From the NCBI GenBank assembly GCA_903893795.1, contig CAITNO010000046.1, positions 3,807 to 67,806 of the forward strand: DNA of 64,000 nucleotides, in the 5' to 3' direction. Below the pieces are notes generated by a model that made no database searches, was not told the origin of the DNA, and was given only the letters and a program-made list of their open reading frames with translations. The stretch comes from Candidatus Hydrogenedentota bacterium. GTDB taxonomy: Bacteria > Hydrogenedentota > Hydrogenedentia > Hydrogenedentales > CAITNO01. How positions within the stretch are numbered: the stretch's first letter is position 1; each line of letters begins with the position of its first letter. Below are positions 28,835 through 37,422 of this stretch, piece after piece. The position numbers were made by a program, and so were the translations under genes.

Positions 28835-30610
28835 CTATTCGCAGTAGGGTGGGCAGGAACCGTAGTGGCGGCGCAGGGCGTCGATGTAGGCTTCGGCGAA
28901 GGCCTGGCGCCATTTCGGGTCGGCGAGATTGGCCCGGTCTTCGGCGTTGTTCGTGTTGCCCGTCTCAATCAACACTTTCGTGGGCACGCAGGCGTTGCGC
29001 AGCACGCAGGGAAGGTAGGCCTTGCCGCCCCGCTGGCGAATGACGTTGCGGATGGGGTCGCCCGACTGATGCACCCTAATCACCGGCTTGTGCGCGCCCA
29101 GCGCGCCCACCAGCGTCTGCGCGAAGACCCGCGACATGGCCTCGTCGCGCAGGGCCTGCGCGTCGGTGCAGGAGGCGGCCCGCGCGCCGCGCGCCTCGGC
29201 GTACTGGTTGTAGTCGTGGCCGTTGGGCGTTTCCGTTTCGCGGCGGTGCGCCGCGCCGGGCACGTAGATCATGGCGCCCTTCATTTCGCGGTGCAGCGCG
29301 TCGCAGTGGATGGAGGTGAACAGCACGTTGCGCTCGGTCACGCCCGCGGCGCGCTCGTGCCGGTAGATGTCGTTGGCCAGGTACCACCGCAGGTTGGCCG
29401 ACACTTTGGCGTCGTCGTTGTAATAGGGCGGGGTGGTCTGCACCACCTTGTTGCCGTCCTCCCCAAACTTGTGCGCGTTGCTGACGGCAAAGCCGTGGTC
29501 CACGTCCCTCATGGTCATGAACACCTTGGCCCGTGTCTTCGTCTCCAGCAGACTCTTGATGCGGCAGGCGATGTCGTAGTTCACCGCGTACTCATACACG
29601 CCGTCCACCGGCGGCGCTCCCGAGTCCCGGCCGCCGTGGCCGGGGTCGAGGATGACCACCACCCCCTCCAGGTCCTTGGTGCGGTTCTTGTCGCCCGACA
29701 GGCGCTGCGCCTCGGCCTGCACCTCGTCGTATTCCTTGCGCTCCTCCGTGCCCTGCGGCTGGTAGCGGTCGGCCAGCATTTCCAGCGGGATGCGGATGCG
29801 CTGGCCCGCGCCGACCTTCCGGTCATCCTTGATGCCGCTGCGCTGCATGATCACCTCGCAGGCGCCCTGCACTTCGGTGTGGCCGCTGTAGTCCGTGAAG
29901 CGGCCCACCACGCCCGAGTAGATCGTCTCGCCCTTGCGCATGTGGTATTCGGCGTACTTGCCTTCCTTGTCCGAACCGTAGCTCAGGCCCGACACCTCGG
30001 GACTGACGCTTTCATGGCCGGTGCCTGCCTTGGCATCGCCCTTGGGCTCCGTGGGCTCCGACGGGGCGGGGCGCGGGGTCAGTGCCTGCATCGCAGGCAG
30101 GAGCAGGCGCATGGGCACCAGCAGGCGCAGTCCCTTTTCGAGCGGCTCGGCAGGCGGACCCTGGGCGCCTTCGACGCGTATTTGGTTGCTGTACCCGGGG
30201 GTTCCCGTCAGCCATTCGGCCAGCAGCAGGGTGGATTCGCTGCCGTCTGTGCCGTAAAAACTGACCGTGTGCCACCAACCGGAGGCGTCCACGTAGTCCT
30301 GGGGAAACACCGCCTCCAGCGCGGCGCGCTGCGCCTTGGGGTTAAGCTTGCTGAAAGGGACGGCCACGGCCTGGCGGTCCTTGTAGAGTTTGCAGTCCTC
30401 TGCCGAGGCCAGGTATTTGGATAGGAGCTGTTGCGCGGCTTTGCCCAGGGGCAGCTGTGCCTCAAGAAAGAGGATGCGGCCCCCGCGCAGCACGGCGGAA
30501 ACACCGGGTTCCAAATCGCGCCGTATGCCGCCCTGGGCCCCCGCCGCCTGTGCCAGCCCGAGGACCGCCAGTGCCAGAACCCAGATATGCCTTCTCAACC
30601 AACCCGCCAA
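28835..30610 (-). CDS. N-acetylmuramoyl-L-alanine amidase (Amidase_3 family) with large N-terminal extension
   Basis: Signal peptide. C-terminal Amidase_3 motifs VVILDPGHGGRDSGA, SIHCDA and KVLIETGNTNN. N-terminal ~300 aa uncharacterised. Confidence 0.75.
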   Translation of the reverse strand: MAGWLRRHIWVLALAVLGLAQAAGAQGGIRRDLEPGVSAVLRGGRILFLEAQLPLGKAAQQLLSKYLASAEDCKLYKDRQAVAVPFSKLNPKAQRAALEAVFPQDYVDASGWWHTVSFYGTDGSESTLLLAEWLTGTPGYSNQIRVEGAQGPPAEPLEKGLRLLVPMRLLLPAMQALTPRPAPSEPTEPKGDAKAGTGHESVSPEVSGLSYGSDKEGKYAEYHMRKGETIYSGVVGRFTDYSGHTEVQGACEVIMQRSGIKDDRKVGAGQRIRIPLEMLADRYQPQGTEERKEYDEVQAEAQRLSGDKNRTKDLEGVVVILDPGHGGRDSGAPPVDGVYEYAVNYDIACRIKSLLETKTRAKVFMTMRDVDHGFAVSNAHKFGEDGNKVVQTTPPYYNDDAKVSANLRWYLANDIYRHERAAGVTERNVLFTSIHCDALHREMKGAMIYVPGAAHRRETETPNGHDYNQYAEARGARAASCTDAQALRDEAMSRVFAQTLVGALGAHKPVIRVHQSGDPIRNVIRQRGGKAYLPCVLRNACVPTKVLIETGNTNNAEDRANLADPKWRQAFAEAYIDALRRHYGSCPPYCE

Positions 30611-30630
30611 TGCCCAACTCCTTGGTTGGT

Positions 30631-30652
30631 GCCCACACTACATAGTGTGGGC
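30631..30652. promoter_or_regulatory. Hairpin gcccacact-acat-agtgtgggc in the amidase/flotillin divergent control region
   Basis: Perfect 9-bp arms. Confidence 0.3.
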
Positions 30653-30697
30653 CATATTCTCGCTTCGTCAACATACTGTAGCATAGGGTTTGGAAAA

Positions 30698-30715
30698 AAC
30701 ACAATATATTGTGTT
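30698..30715. promoter_or_regulatory. Perfect 18-bp palindrome AACACAATATATTGTGTT (candidate dimeric regulator operator)
   Basis: The sequence is its own reverse complement. It sits in the 390-bp divergent intergenic region. Confidence 0.4.
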
Positions 30716-31001
30716 CTAAATCTGCGATCGCACTGACGGGCTCTATCTGTTGTGTTTTCTGATGCGCTCCGCGTACCGCAGGCGTCCCGCCTGCTCTGGT
30801 CCTGGGGCAGAGGGACGCCTGCGGTGCCTATCCGGCTCGCGGCGCCGATATTTCATGCCAAGCCTGCTCCATGAAGACCCGTGACATATTTTGACAACGC
30901 CGGTCCGCAGTTCTATCATTGAACGCGCTCTTCGCATTGCGCCTGGGGCAAACAGTCCGGGGACCGGCCGGTTTACCGGCACCATTTTGGAGGGAACTTT
31001 G

Positions 31002-32999
31002 ATGGGAATCGTGGCTGTCAGTGCATCGTGGCTCTTTGTCATTTTCGTGTTACTGGTGGCGGCCGTGCTGGTGCTGCCGTCCATCCGGCGCATCGGTCCG
31101 ACGGAGGTGGGGCTGGTCATGAAGCGCTTTTCCTGGAACAAGCTGCCCAGCGACAACCCCATCGGATTCCACGGCGAGGCGGGCTACCAGGCCCAGCTCC
31201 TCATGCCGGGACTGCGCTTCAAGTTCTGGGTGGTCTACCGCGTTGAAAAGCACCCCTGGGTGCAGGTTCCGGCCGGCGAGATCGGCGTGGTTATCGCGCA
31301 GGTGGGCAGCGGGCTGCCCATCGGCGCCAAGTCGGCCGTGTACAAGCCCATTTTCGGCAACTTCTCCGACCTGGCCGTGTTCATGGGGAACGGCGGACAG
31401 AAGGGCGTGCAGCGGCCCGTGCTGCCGCCGGGCACGCTCATGCCGATCCATCCCGTGGCCTTCCTGGTGATCACCAAGAACCGCGTCTACGGTGTGCCCA
31501 TTTCACCGGAGCTGCAGTCGATAAAGGAGTCCAAGGGCGGGCTCATGCCGCAGACCTTTGGTCTCGAGCTGTGGCAGTTGGACATCCTGCGCATCGCGCC
31601 GCGCGCCCGGGGCGACCATGGCGAGATCGAGGATGTTGTCGGCATCGTGACCACCCTCGAGGGCGACCCGCTGCCCTCCGGCGCCATTGCCAGCCGCCTC
31701 GGCGGCTTTGCCGACATCGGGCAGTTGGAAAGGGGCGGCGCGAGCGATGCAGACCTGATCGAGTGCATCCTGGGCAGCAAGAACAACGTGCACAACAACT
31801 ACCAGGATTTCCAGGCCTTCCTCGACGGCGGCGGCACCATCGGACTGCAGCACGACCCGCTGCTCTACGGCGCCTACACGCTCAACCCCTTCCTGGTCCG
31901 CGTGGAAGCCATGCCCATGCTGGTTGTCCGCCAGGGCGAGGTGGCCGTGATGAAGGCCTACGTCGGCCTTTCCATGGAGGACACCTCGGGCAAGGAGTTC
32001 AAGTTCGGCTCGCTCGTGCGGCCGGGCCACCGGGGCATCTGGCAGGAGCCGTTGCGCACCGGCAAATATCCGCTCAACCCGCGCTGCTACCAGGCGGAGG
32101 TCGTGCTGACCAGCATCCTCACGCTCAACTGGGCCAACGCCGTGTCGCAGGCCCACAGCCTCGACCGCCAGCTCAGCCAGATCACGGCGAAGAGCTGCGA
32201 GGGCTTCGAGTTCAAGATCGACCTGCAGGTCCAGATCCATGTCGCCGACACCAAGGCGCCTTGGGTGATTTCCATGGTCGGCACGCAGCAGAACCTGGTG
32301 AACGAGGTTTTGCAGGCCGTCATCGGAAACCATTTCCGCGACAAGCTCCAGAGCATGCCGGCCATCACCTTCATTGAGACGCGCCAGCATGTGCAGGAGG
32401 AGGCGCTGGCGCACATCAGGTCCTTTGTGGAGCAGTACCAGGTGGAGACCAAGGGCGTGTACATCCAGGACGTGATCCTGCCCACCGAACTGGTCGCCGT
32501 GCTGACCGAGCGCGAAATTGCCAACCAGGAGGTGGAGACCTTCAAGAAGCAGAAAGCCGCGCAGGACGTGCGCCTCGACATGGAGCAGGCCAAGGGCCAG
32601 GCCGACATGCAGGCCGAACTGGCCAAGTCGGCCGTCGGCGTCAACATCAAGGAAAATAACGCCCGCGCCCGCACGGCCGAGGCCGAGGGCGACGCGGCCT
32701 ACATCGAAAAGACCGGCTTCGCGCAGGGCGCCAGCGTCAAGGCCATCGGCCTTGCCCGCGCCGAAGGCTACCGCGCCCAGGTCGAGGCTTTGGGCCAGAC
32801 CTCCACAACGCTCGTCAACGTCATCACCTCGCTCTCCGAGGGCAAGGTGCAGTTCGTGCCCAACATTTTGGTTGCGGGCGGCGGTGGTTCCGGCGCGCTT
32901 GAAGGCTTGGCCGCGACGCTCATGCAGCATATCAGCAAGCTGGATGAGAAGAAGGATGTGGCGGCGGTGGTGGAGACACCCGAATCGAAGCAACGGTGA
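31002..32999 (+). CDS. Flotillin-like SPFH/band-7 protein (YqiK/FloA-like)
   Basis: ATG at 31002 with ggaggg RBS. N-terminal TM helix, SPFH core, long coiled-coil with EA repeats (…EQAKGQADMQAELAKSAVG…). Confidence 0.75.
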   Translation: MGIVAVSASWLFVIFVLLVAAVLVLPSIRRIGPTEVGLVMKRFSWNKLPSDNPIGFHGEAGYQAQLLMPGLRFKFWVVYRVEKHPWVQVPAGEIGVVIAQVGSGLPIGAKSAVYKPIFGNFSDLAVFMGNGGQKGVQRPVLPPGTLMPIHPVAFLVITKNRVYGVPISPELQSIKESKGGLMPQTFGLELWQLDILRIAPRARGDHGEIEDVVGIVTTLEGDPLPSGAIASRLGGFADIGQLERGGASDADLIECILGSKNNVHNNYQDFQAFLDGGGTIGLQHDPLLYGAYTLNPFLVRVEAMPMLVVRQGEVAVMKAYVGLSMEDTSGKEFKFGSLVRPGHRGIWQEPLRTGKYPLNPRCYQAEVVLTSILTLNWANAVSQAHSLDRQLSQITAKSCEGFEFKIDLQVQIHVADTKAPWVISMVGTQQNLVNEVLQAVIGNHFRDKLQSMPAITFIETRQHVQEEALAHIRSFVEQYQVETKGVYIQDVILPTELVAVLTEREIANQEVETFKKQKAAQDVRLDMEQAKGQADMQAELAKSAVGVNIKENNARARTAEAEGDAAYIEKTGFAQGASVKAIGLARAEGYRAQVEALGQTSTTLVNVITSLSEGKVQFVPNILVAGGGGSGALEGLAATLMQHISKLDEKKDVAAVVETPESKQR

Positions 33000-33059
33000 C
33001 AGATCGTTTGCACAGTGTAAAATATAACCATTTACAATATTATCTTTGAAAGAAATATC

Positions 33060-34037
33060 ATGGGCGATAATCACGAAGAACTCAAGAAGCTCATAGGTGT
33101 ACAAAAGGCAGTTCTTTGGAACGCCTGTGATTACGCTCGGTCTTCTGCTGATGAATTCACCAAATCAGAGCAACAACCAGAGCGGCTGAAGTATGCGGTA
33201 CTACACCTTTGGAGCGCCATACAACTCATCTTGAAGAGCCGTGTCATCGCCACACACTGGCAAGCTGTCGTTGTCCTTCGCAATAAGGAGAAGCCCCCCC
33301 CTTGCTTGGACACGTTCTCAAAGGGTCATTATAGAACGCTTTACTATGAACCCCTGATAGATTGCCTTGCAAGGATACTCGAGGATAGTACGGACCCAAA
33401 TGACAGCGAATTGCTGTCTCTTCTTCATGATCACAAAGTTGATCTAGAAACGATGCAGGATTTAAGGAATAAGCTCGAACATTTCAAAGATGATGTCTGT
33501 CCGGAAAAATACGAGCCAATCCTCGCGACTGTATGGCAGTTCACCCTTCAGGCGACGACGACCGTCATTGAGTATATCGCTTCAAATGTTGCAGAAGGTG
33601 AAATTGGATACCATAATTCATGGTTGCGATTCCGTGATGACTGGGTAGAGACAAAGCTACGGATGATCGAAAGCAATCGGTTTTTTGATCATTACCTTGG
33701 CAACCTTCAGCCGCAAATAGATGCGTACCACAGGAGCGGAAGCATACTCATTAAGTGCCGGGAATGTGGAAAGTTTACGGTTCCCATAAACGGAAACTAT
33801 GAAGCCTGTATTTCCTGCAGGCAACCTCATCCAGGAGAATACTTCTTTACCATCTGGTGGGAAGATGAAACTGGCTTGAGTCTTCCACAGAATGGCGTTC
33901 CCACTGGACATCCCTGGAATGCTGGAACCTGCCCTAAGTGTGAAAACAGAGGCTATTTCGTAATGACCGACGAAACCAAGAGCGTACCTGCGGGTGTATT
34001 TGCCCTCTGCTTTTGGTGTGGATATGCAGCGCGGTGA
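33060..34037 (+). CDS. Hypothetical protein, low-GC island gene 1: helical N-domain + C-terminal double zinc-ribbon (4x CxxC)
   Basis: GC content drops sharply here. C-terminal CRECGKF…CISCRQ…CPKCENRG…CFWCGY motifs. No recognisable family for the N-terminal 200 aa. Confidence 0.6.
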   Translation: MGDNHEELKKLIGVQKAVLWNACDYARSSADEFTKSEQQPERLKYAVLHLWSAIQLILKSRVIATHWQAVVVLRNKEKPPPCLDTFSKGHYRTLYYEPLIDCLARILEDSTDPNDSELLSLLHDHKVDLETMQDLRNKLEHFKDDVCPEKYEPILATVWQFTLQATTTVIEYIASNVAEGEIGYHNSWLRFRDDWVETKLRMIESNRFFDHYLGNLQPQIDAYHRSGSILIKCRECGKFTVPINGNYEACISCRQPHPGEYFFTIWWEDETGLSLPQNGVPTGHPWNAGTCPKCENRGYFVMTDETKSVPAGVFALCFWCGYAAR

Positions 34038-34129
34038 CTTGCACAATCGAAAGAACGAATTGTACAGTGAGACACAAGAGGCTTTCTTTGGAAGCATCTC
34101 TTCTGGTACAGATCTAAGAGTGGAGGCTG

Positions 34130-34984
34130 ATGATGGGCGCGAGAATTGTCGGTGAGGCTACCCCTTGCAAAAAAAACGTCAAGAGAAGTGGGTTAGACCT
34201 AATGCAGTGGGATTCAAGAAACACCGTATATTTGACTTCATTGAGGGCAATTGGTCTACAGGAGAGGGAGCCAATCAGGCTCGGAGACTACACCCATTCT
34301 CTTAGTCTCAGTAAAGACGATTCCGTTTCCCGGTGGAGAACAGAGTATTACAGTAGTTACAACGATATTGGGTCAAGGCAACGCTACGACTGGAAACAGG
34401 CGTTCTGTTCAGGATTTAACAGAGACCAAGCGGAAAGGTTAATGGATGACTTGGAACGAAAAGAGCAGGCGAAAGAGAAGAAGAAATTCATGGAGCGGCA
34501 GAGAGCGAATAGAGAGTATAGTAATCGATTTAGGCAGAGGGGGGATCCCGCATATAGGATGGGGATGTATGTGCCTGCTCCCCCCGAATTTGACAATAAG
34601 ATATTCAAGAAGGACAAGTCCAAGTACAAACGTTGGCTTTACCGCCGCTACATCGTAGACATTGACGATGGTCTTGGCGCGGACGAAAAGGTAAAACTGT
34701 TGGTGCGGGAAGTTGTATGGAAACACGAGAAGAAGTTCAACAAACTCTCGCTACTTTCTGACGTTGACGTGAAGGTCTCTAAGGCAGATCGGCGCAAAGG
34801 CTTACCGGAGGATGTGAGGATGTTTGTCTGGCGACGCGACGAAGGCAAATGTGTTCAGTGTGGTTCGAAGGAAAACCTAGAGTTTGACCACATAATTCCT
34901 GTTTCCAAAGGGGGCAGTAACACTGCAAGAAACCTCCAGATTCTCTGCGAAAAATGCAACCGAAGCAAAGGCGCCAACATCTGA
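34130..34984 (+). CDS. HNH endonuclease domain protein, low-GC island gene 2
   Basis: C-terminal CVQCGSKENLEFDHIIPVSKGGSNTARNLQILCEKCNRSKG is a classic HNH motif (Cys4 + DH…N…H/N). Lys/Arg-rich N-terminal domain of unknown function. Start uncertain: ATG at 34130, 34133 or 34202. Confidence 0.65.
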   Translation: MMGARIVGEATPCKKNVKRSGLDLMQWDSRNTVYLTSLRAIGLQEREPIRLGDYTHSLSLSKDDSVSRWRTEYYSSYNDIGSRQRYDWKQAFCSGFNRDQAERLMDDLERKEQAKEKKKFMERQRANREYSNRFRQRGDPAYRMGMYVPAPPEFDNKIFKKDKSKYKRWLYRRYIVDIDDGLGADEKVKLLVREVVWKHEKKFNKLSLLSDVDVKVSKADRRKGLPEDVRMFVWRRDEGKCVQCGSKENLEFDHIIPVSKGGSNTARNLQILCEKCNRSKGANI

Positions 34985-35012
34985 GCAACCTTCCGATGAG
35001 GGAGAATCCCCT

Positions 35013-35126
35013 CGTTCCCAAGTTGCACTTGGGAACGCACTTGTCCGCGAAGTTGCACTTCGCTTCCCCCGGCGAAGCTCAGTTTCAAAGAATAACCCCG
35101 TTCCCAAGCGCAACTTGAGAACGGGG
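35013..35126. repeat. Cluster of related hairpins at the island boundary (cgttcccaag-ttgcac-ttgggaacg; gcgaagt-tgc-acttcgc; ccccgttcccaag…cttgagaacgggg)
   Basis: Shared sub-motifs gttcccaag and agttgcactt recur. Probably a bidirectional terminator between convergent genes, possibly with a repeat or att-like role. Confidence 0.5.
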
Positions 35127-35205
35127 CTGAAAAGCGGTCTCACTGTCTTGCCTGCCGTCATCCACCAGAGAGCTTCCGGTGGGCGGTCAGGCGCTGAATC
35201 TGCTG

Positions 35206-35541
35206 CTACTTCGCGGCGGCTTTCTTGGCTGCCGGCTTTTTCGCTGCTGCGGGCTTCTTCACGGCGGCCTTCTTCACCGCCGGCTTCTTCGCCGCGGCGG
35301 GCTTCGCGGCAGCGGCCTTCTTCACAGCAGGCTTCTTCGCGGCGGCCGGTTTCGCGGCAGCGGCCTTCTTCACGGCGGGTTTCTTCGCGGCGGCCGGTTT
35401 CTTGGCAACGGCCTTCTTGGGGGCCGGCTTCTCCGCGGCGACCACCTTCGCGGCCGGGGCCTTCACAACGGCCTTGTCAGCTTTGCACTTGCACGCCATC
35501 TCTCCATCCTCCATTGCTGTTCGGGCATATGGCCTATCCAT
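35206..35541 (-). CDS. Histone H1-like Lys/Ala-rich nucleoid protein (Hc1/AlgP-like KPAAKK repeats)
   Basis: Tandem AAKKPAVKKAAAAKPA repeats. High-GC composition, so it belongs to the host rather than the island. Start uncertain (35541 or internal Met). Confidence 0.6.
   Translation of the reverse strand: MDRPYARTAMEDGEMACKCKADKAVVKAPAAKVVAAEKPAPKKAVAKKPAAAKKPAVKKAAAAKPAAAKKPAVKKAAAAKPAAAKKPAVKKAAVKKPAAAKKPAAKKAAAK
35277..35420. repeat. 48-bp tandem DNA repeat (~3 copies) encoding the KPAAKK repeats
   Basis: gcggcagcggccttcttcac(a/g)gc(a/g)ggcttcttcgcggcggccggtttc repeated head-to-tail. Confidence 0.6.
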
Positions 35542-35866
35542 ACACCCTGGGAATCGGGGCTTCTATAAGGGCCTGAACACTAGACCATAGAGGAGACCCC
35601 ATGCAGGTCCCTGGTCAGAGGGCGGGATTCAAATCGTCCTGCCACCATTCATATAGCAAAATGCGGCCTGTCTGTCAAGGAAAATTCTGGGCCTTTTCGC
35701 AATTTTCTCCCGGTCCCAGGGGATGCGTCGTGAAGAGAAACACTCAGAGGTTTATCCCGCCCGTTTGCGCCATGCGGCGCGGGTGCTATATATTTGCCGC
35801 CACTCAACAGTCTCTGGCCGCATCGCGTTTCTTTGGCGCGGTTTCGGAAAGAAGAAGGGTATCAAC

Positions 35867-37273
35867 ATGAACACATTTGGCCGTGGGTGGATGCTTACCG
35901 GACTCAGCGTCGTTGCCGTGACCGGTCTCGCGCTGACGGGGTGCAGTTATAAGATAGAGAACGCCGTGCCCGGGTATTCGGCGCCTTACCTGCTGGATTA
36001 CACCTTCGCTCTGCGAGACAACTCCGACCATGCCGTTGTTGCCACACCGGCGTCCTTTGAATTGACCGCCAAGGAAAACGACAACACCATCAGTCCAAGT
36101 GAAACGGCTTTCTTGCTGGCGCCCGCCGCGAACAAGCAGTCCAAATGTTTTCTCGTGCTCGATTACACCAACAGCATGGCCGACCCGGTGCGCAACGGTG
36201 ACTCAAACGGGGACGGCAAGTCGGACGCCGTCGATATGATGGAAACGTCGGCCAAGGAGTTCATCGACGGAATGACCTCCGATGCGCAGGTCGGCATCCT
36301 TGAATTTCACCGTGAAGACCCGGCCCATCCGCCCGCGGTGGTGGCCGATTTCACGACGAACAAGGAGTACCTGAAGTCGCGCATCGACGCCATCTGGGGT
36401 GAGTACGTGCAGGGTTTCCCCGCATCGTCGCGCTGCTGGGATGCGGTGTACGCCGCCGTCAACATGTTTCCCGGCGACCAGGGCGCCGATGAGGAGCGCT
36501 ACCTGCTCTTTCTTTCCGACGGCGTGGATGAATCCAGCACGACCGCGACCCCCGACAGCATCATCACTGCGGCCAAAGACCGGGCCGTCAATGTGTACTG
36601 CATAGGCTTCGGCGATGAACTGGCGCCCGACACCCTTCAGCAAATCACCTCCAACACCGGCGGGGCCTATTACAAGGCAGGCAGCGTGGAGGAACTGGGC
36701 CAGCGCTTCGACGACATCTGGCAGGACTTGGGCGGGCGCTACACCTTCCGCTGGTCCACCCTGCGGCGCGACGGTGCGAGTTTCACCCCCTCCTTTGAAA
36801 TCAAACTCAACGGGGTGTCGGGCTCTTATACGGGGCCGGACTACACGCCCACCGACCATGTGGGCGACGTGCTCCGCGGCGTCCTGCGCGTTCCCGAATA
36901 CACGATTGTCGACGGGCACGCCTCCGTTTTCATCCGGGCCAGCTACGTGCCCCGCTATATCACCCGGCTCTCGTTGTACATCCAGTCCCCCTACACCTTT
37001 ACCGCGGCACTTGTGGGTGCCGATGATGGCGGGCTGTGCCAGAGTTGGAGCGTTCCCGTGCTCACCCCCGACGCCAGCGGCGCCACCGTCGCCCTCCAAA
37101 GCCCGACCCCCACAAACATCTACACCGCCATCACCTATGGTGGCTTCGGCCCCATCCTGCGCCTCGACTTCGCCAATCTGCCCGAGAATCCGGGGCCGTT
37201 GGTCACCGCGGTCAGCGCCGACAACAGCCTCTACGCCAACGGCCAGTCTTTCGTGGTCGAGAGCCTTCCCTAG
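35867..37273 (+). CDS. Lipoprotein with von Willebrand factor type A (vWA) domain
   Basis: Lipobox LALTGCSY. vWA MIDAS motif (LVLDYTNSM…). ATG at 35867 with gaagaaggg RBS; the ORF-track start at 35723 is unlikely. Confidence 0.65.
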   Translation: MNTFGRGWMLTGLSVVAVTGLALTGCSYKIENAVPGYSAPYLLDYTFALRDNSDHAVVATPASFELTAKENDNTISPSETAFLLAPAANKQSKCFLVLDYTNSMADPVRNGDSNGDGKSDAVDMMETSAKEFIDGMTSDAQVGILEFHREDPAHPPAVVADFTTNKEYLKSRIDAIWGEYVQGFPASSRCWDAVYAAVNMFPGDQGADEERYLLFLSDGVDESSTTATPDSIITAAKDRAVNVYCIGFGDELAPDTLQQITSNTGGAYYKAGSVEELGQRFDDIWQDLGGRYTFRWSTLRRDGASFTPSFEIKLNGVSGSYTGPDYTPTDHVGDVLRGVLRVPEYTIVDGHASVFIRASYVPRYITRLSLYIQSPYTFTAALVGADDGGLCQSWSVPVLTPDASGATVALQSPTPTNIYTAITYGGFGPILRLDFANLPENPGPLVTAVSADNSLYANGQSFVVESLP

Positions 37274-37347
37274 AACGATCTCTTGATAGCGGAACCCGTG
37301 AATAACGGACAAACGTCGGACGTCCCCGAAGACCTCTGTTACTGAAA

Positions 37348-37372
37348 AAAGAAGCGCCCGCCACGAGGGCGG
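37348..37372. terminator. Bidirectional intrinsic terminator gcgcccgcc-acgag-ggcgggcgc flanked by A6/T-run
   Basis: Perfect 9-bp GC stem. A-run upstream on the + strand gives a T-run after the hairpin on the minus strand, downstream of the gene ending at 37423. Confidence 0.6.
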
Positions 37373-37422
37373 GCGCAACAGACAGGAGGTTTCGGGGACT
37401 ACGGGCAAGGCTGCCTGTTTGA

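Noticed and set aside
28730-30424. 564-aa plus-strand ORF
   Set aside because: Antisense to the Amidase_3 gene.
31503-33104. 533-aa minus-strand ORF
   Set aside because: Antisense to the flotillin gene, whose SPFH homology is unambiguous.
36203-37408. 401-aa minus-strand ORF
   Set aside because: Antisense to the vWA lipoprotein gene.
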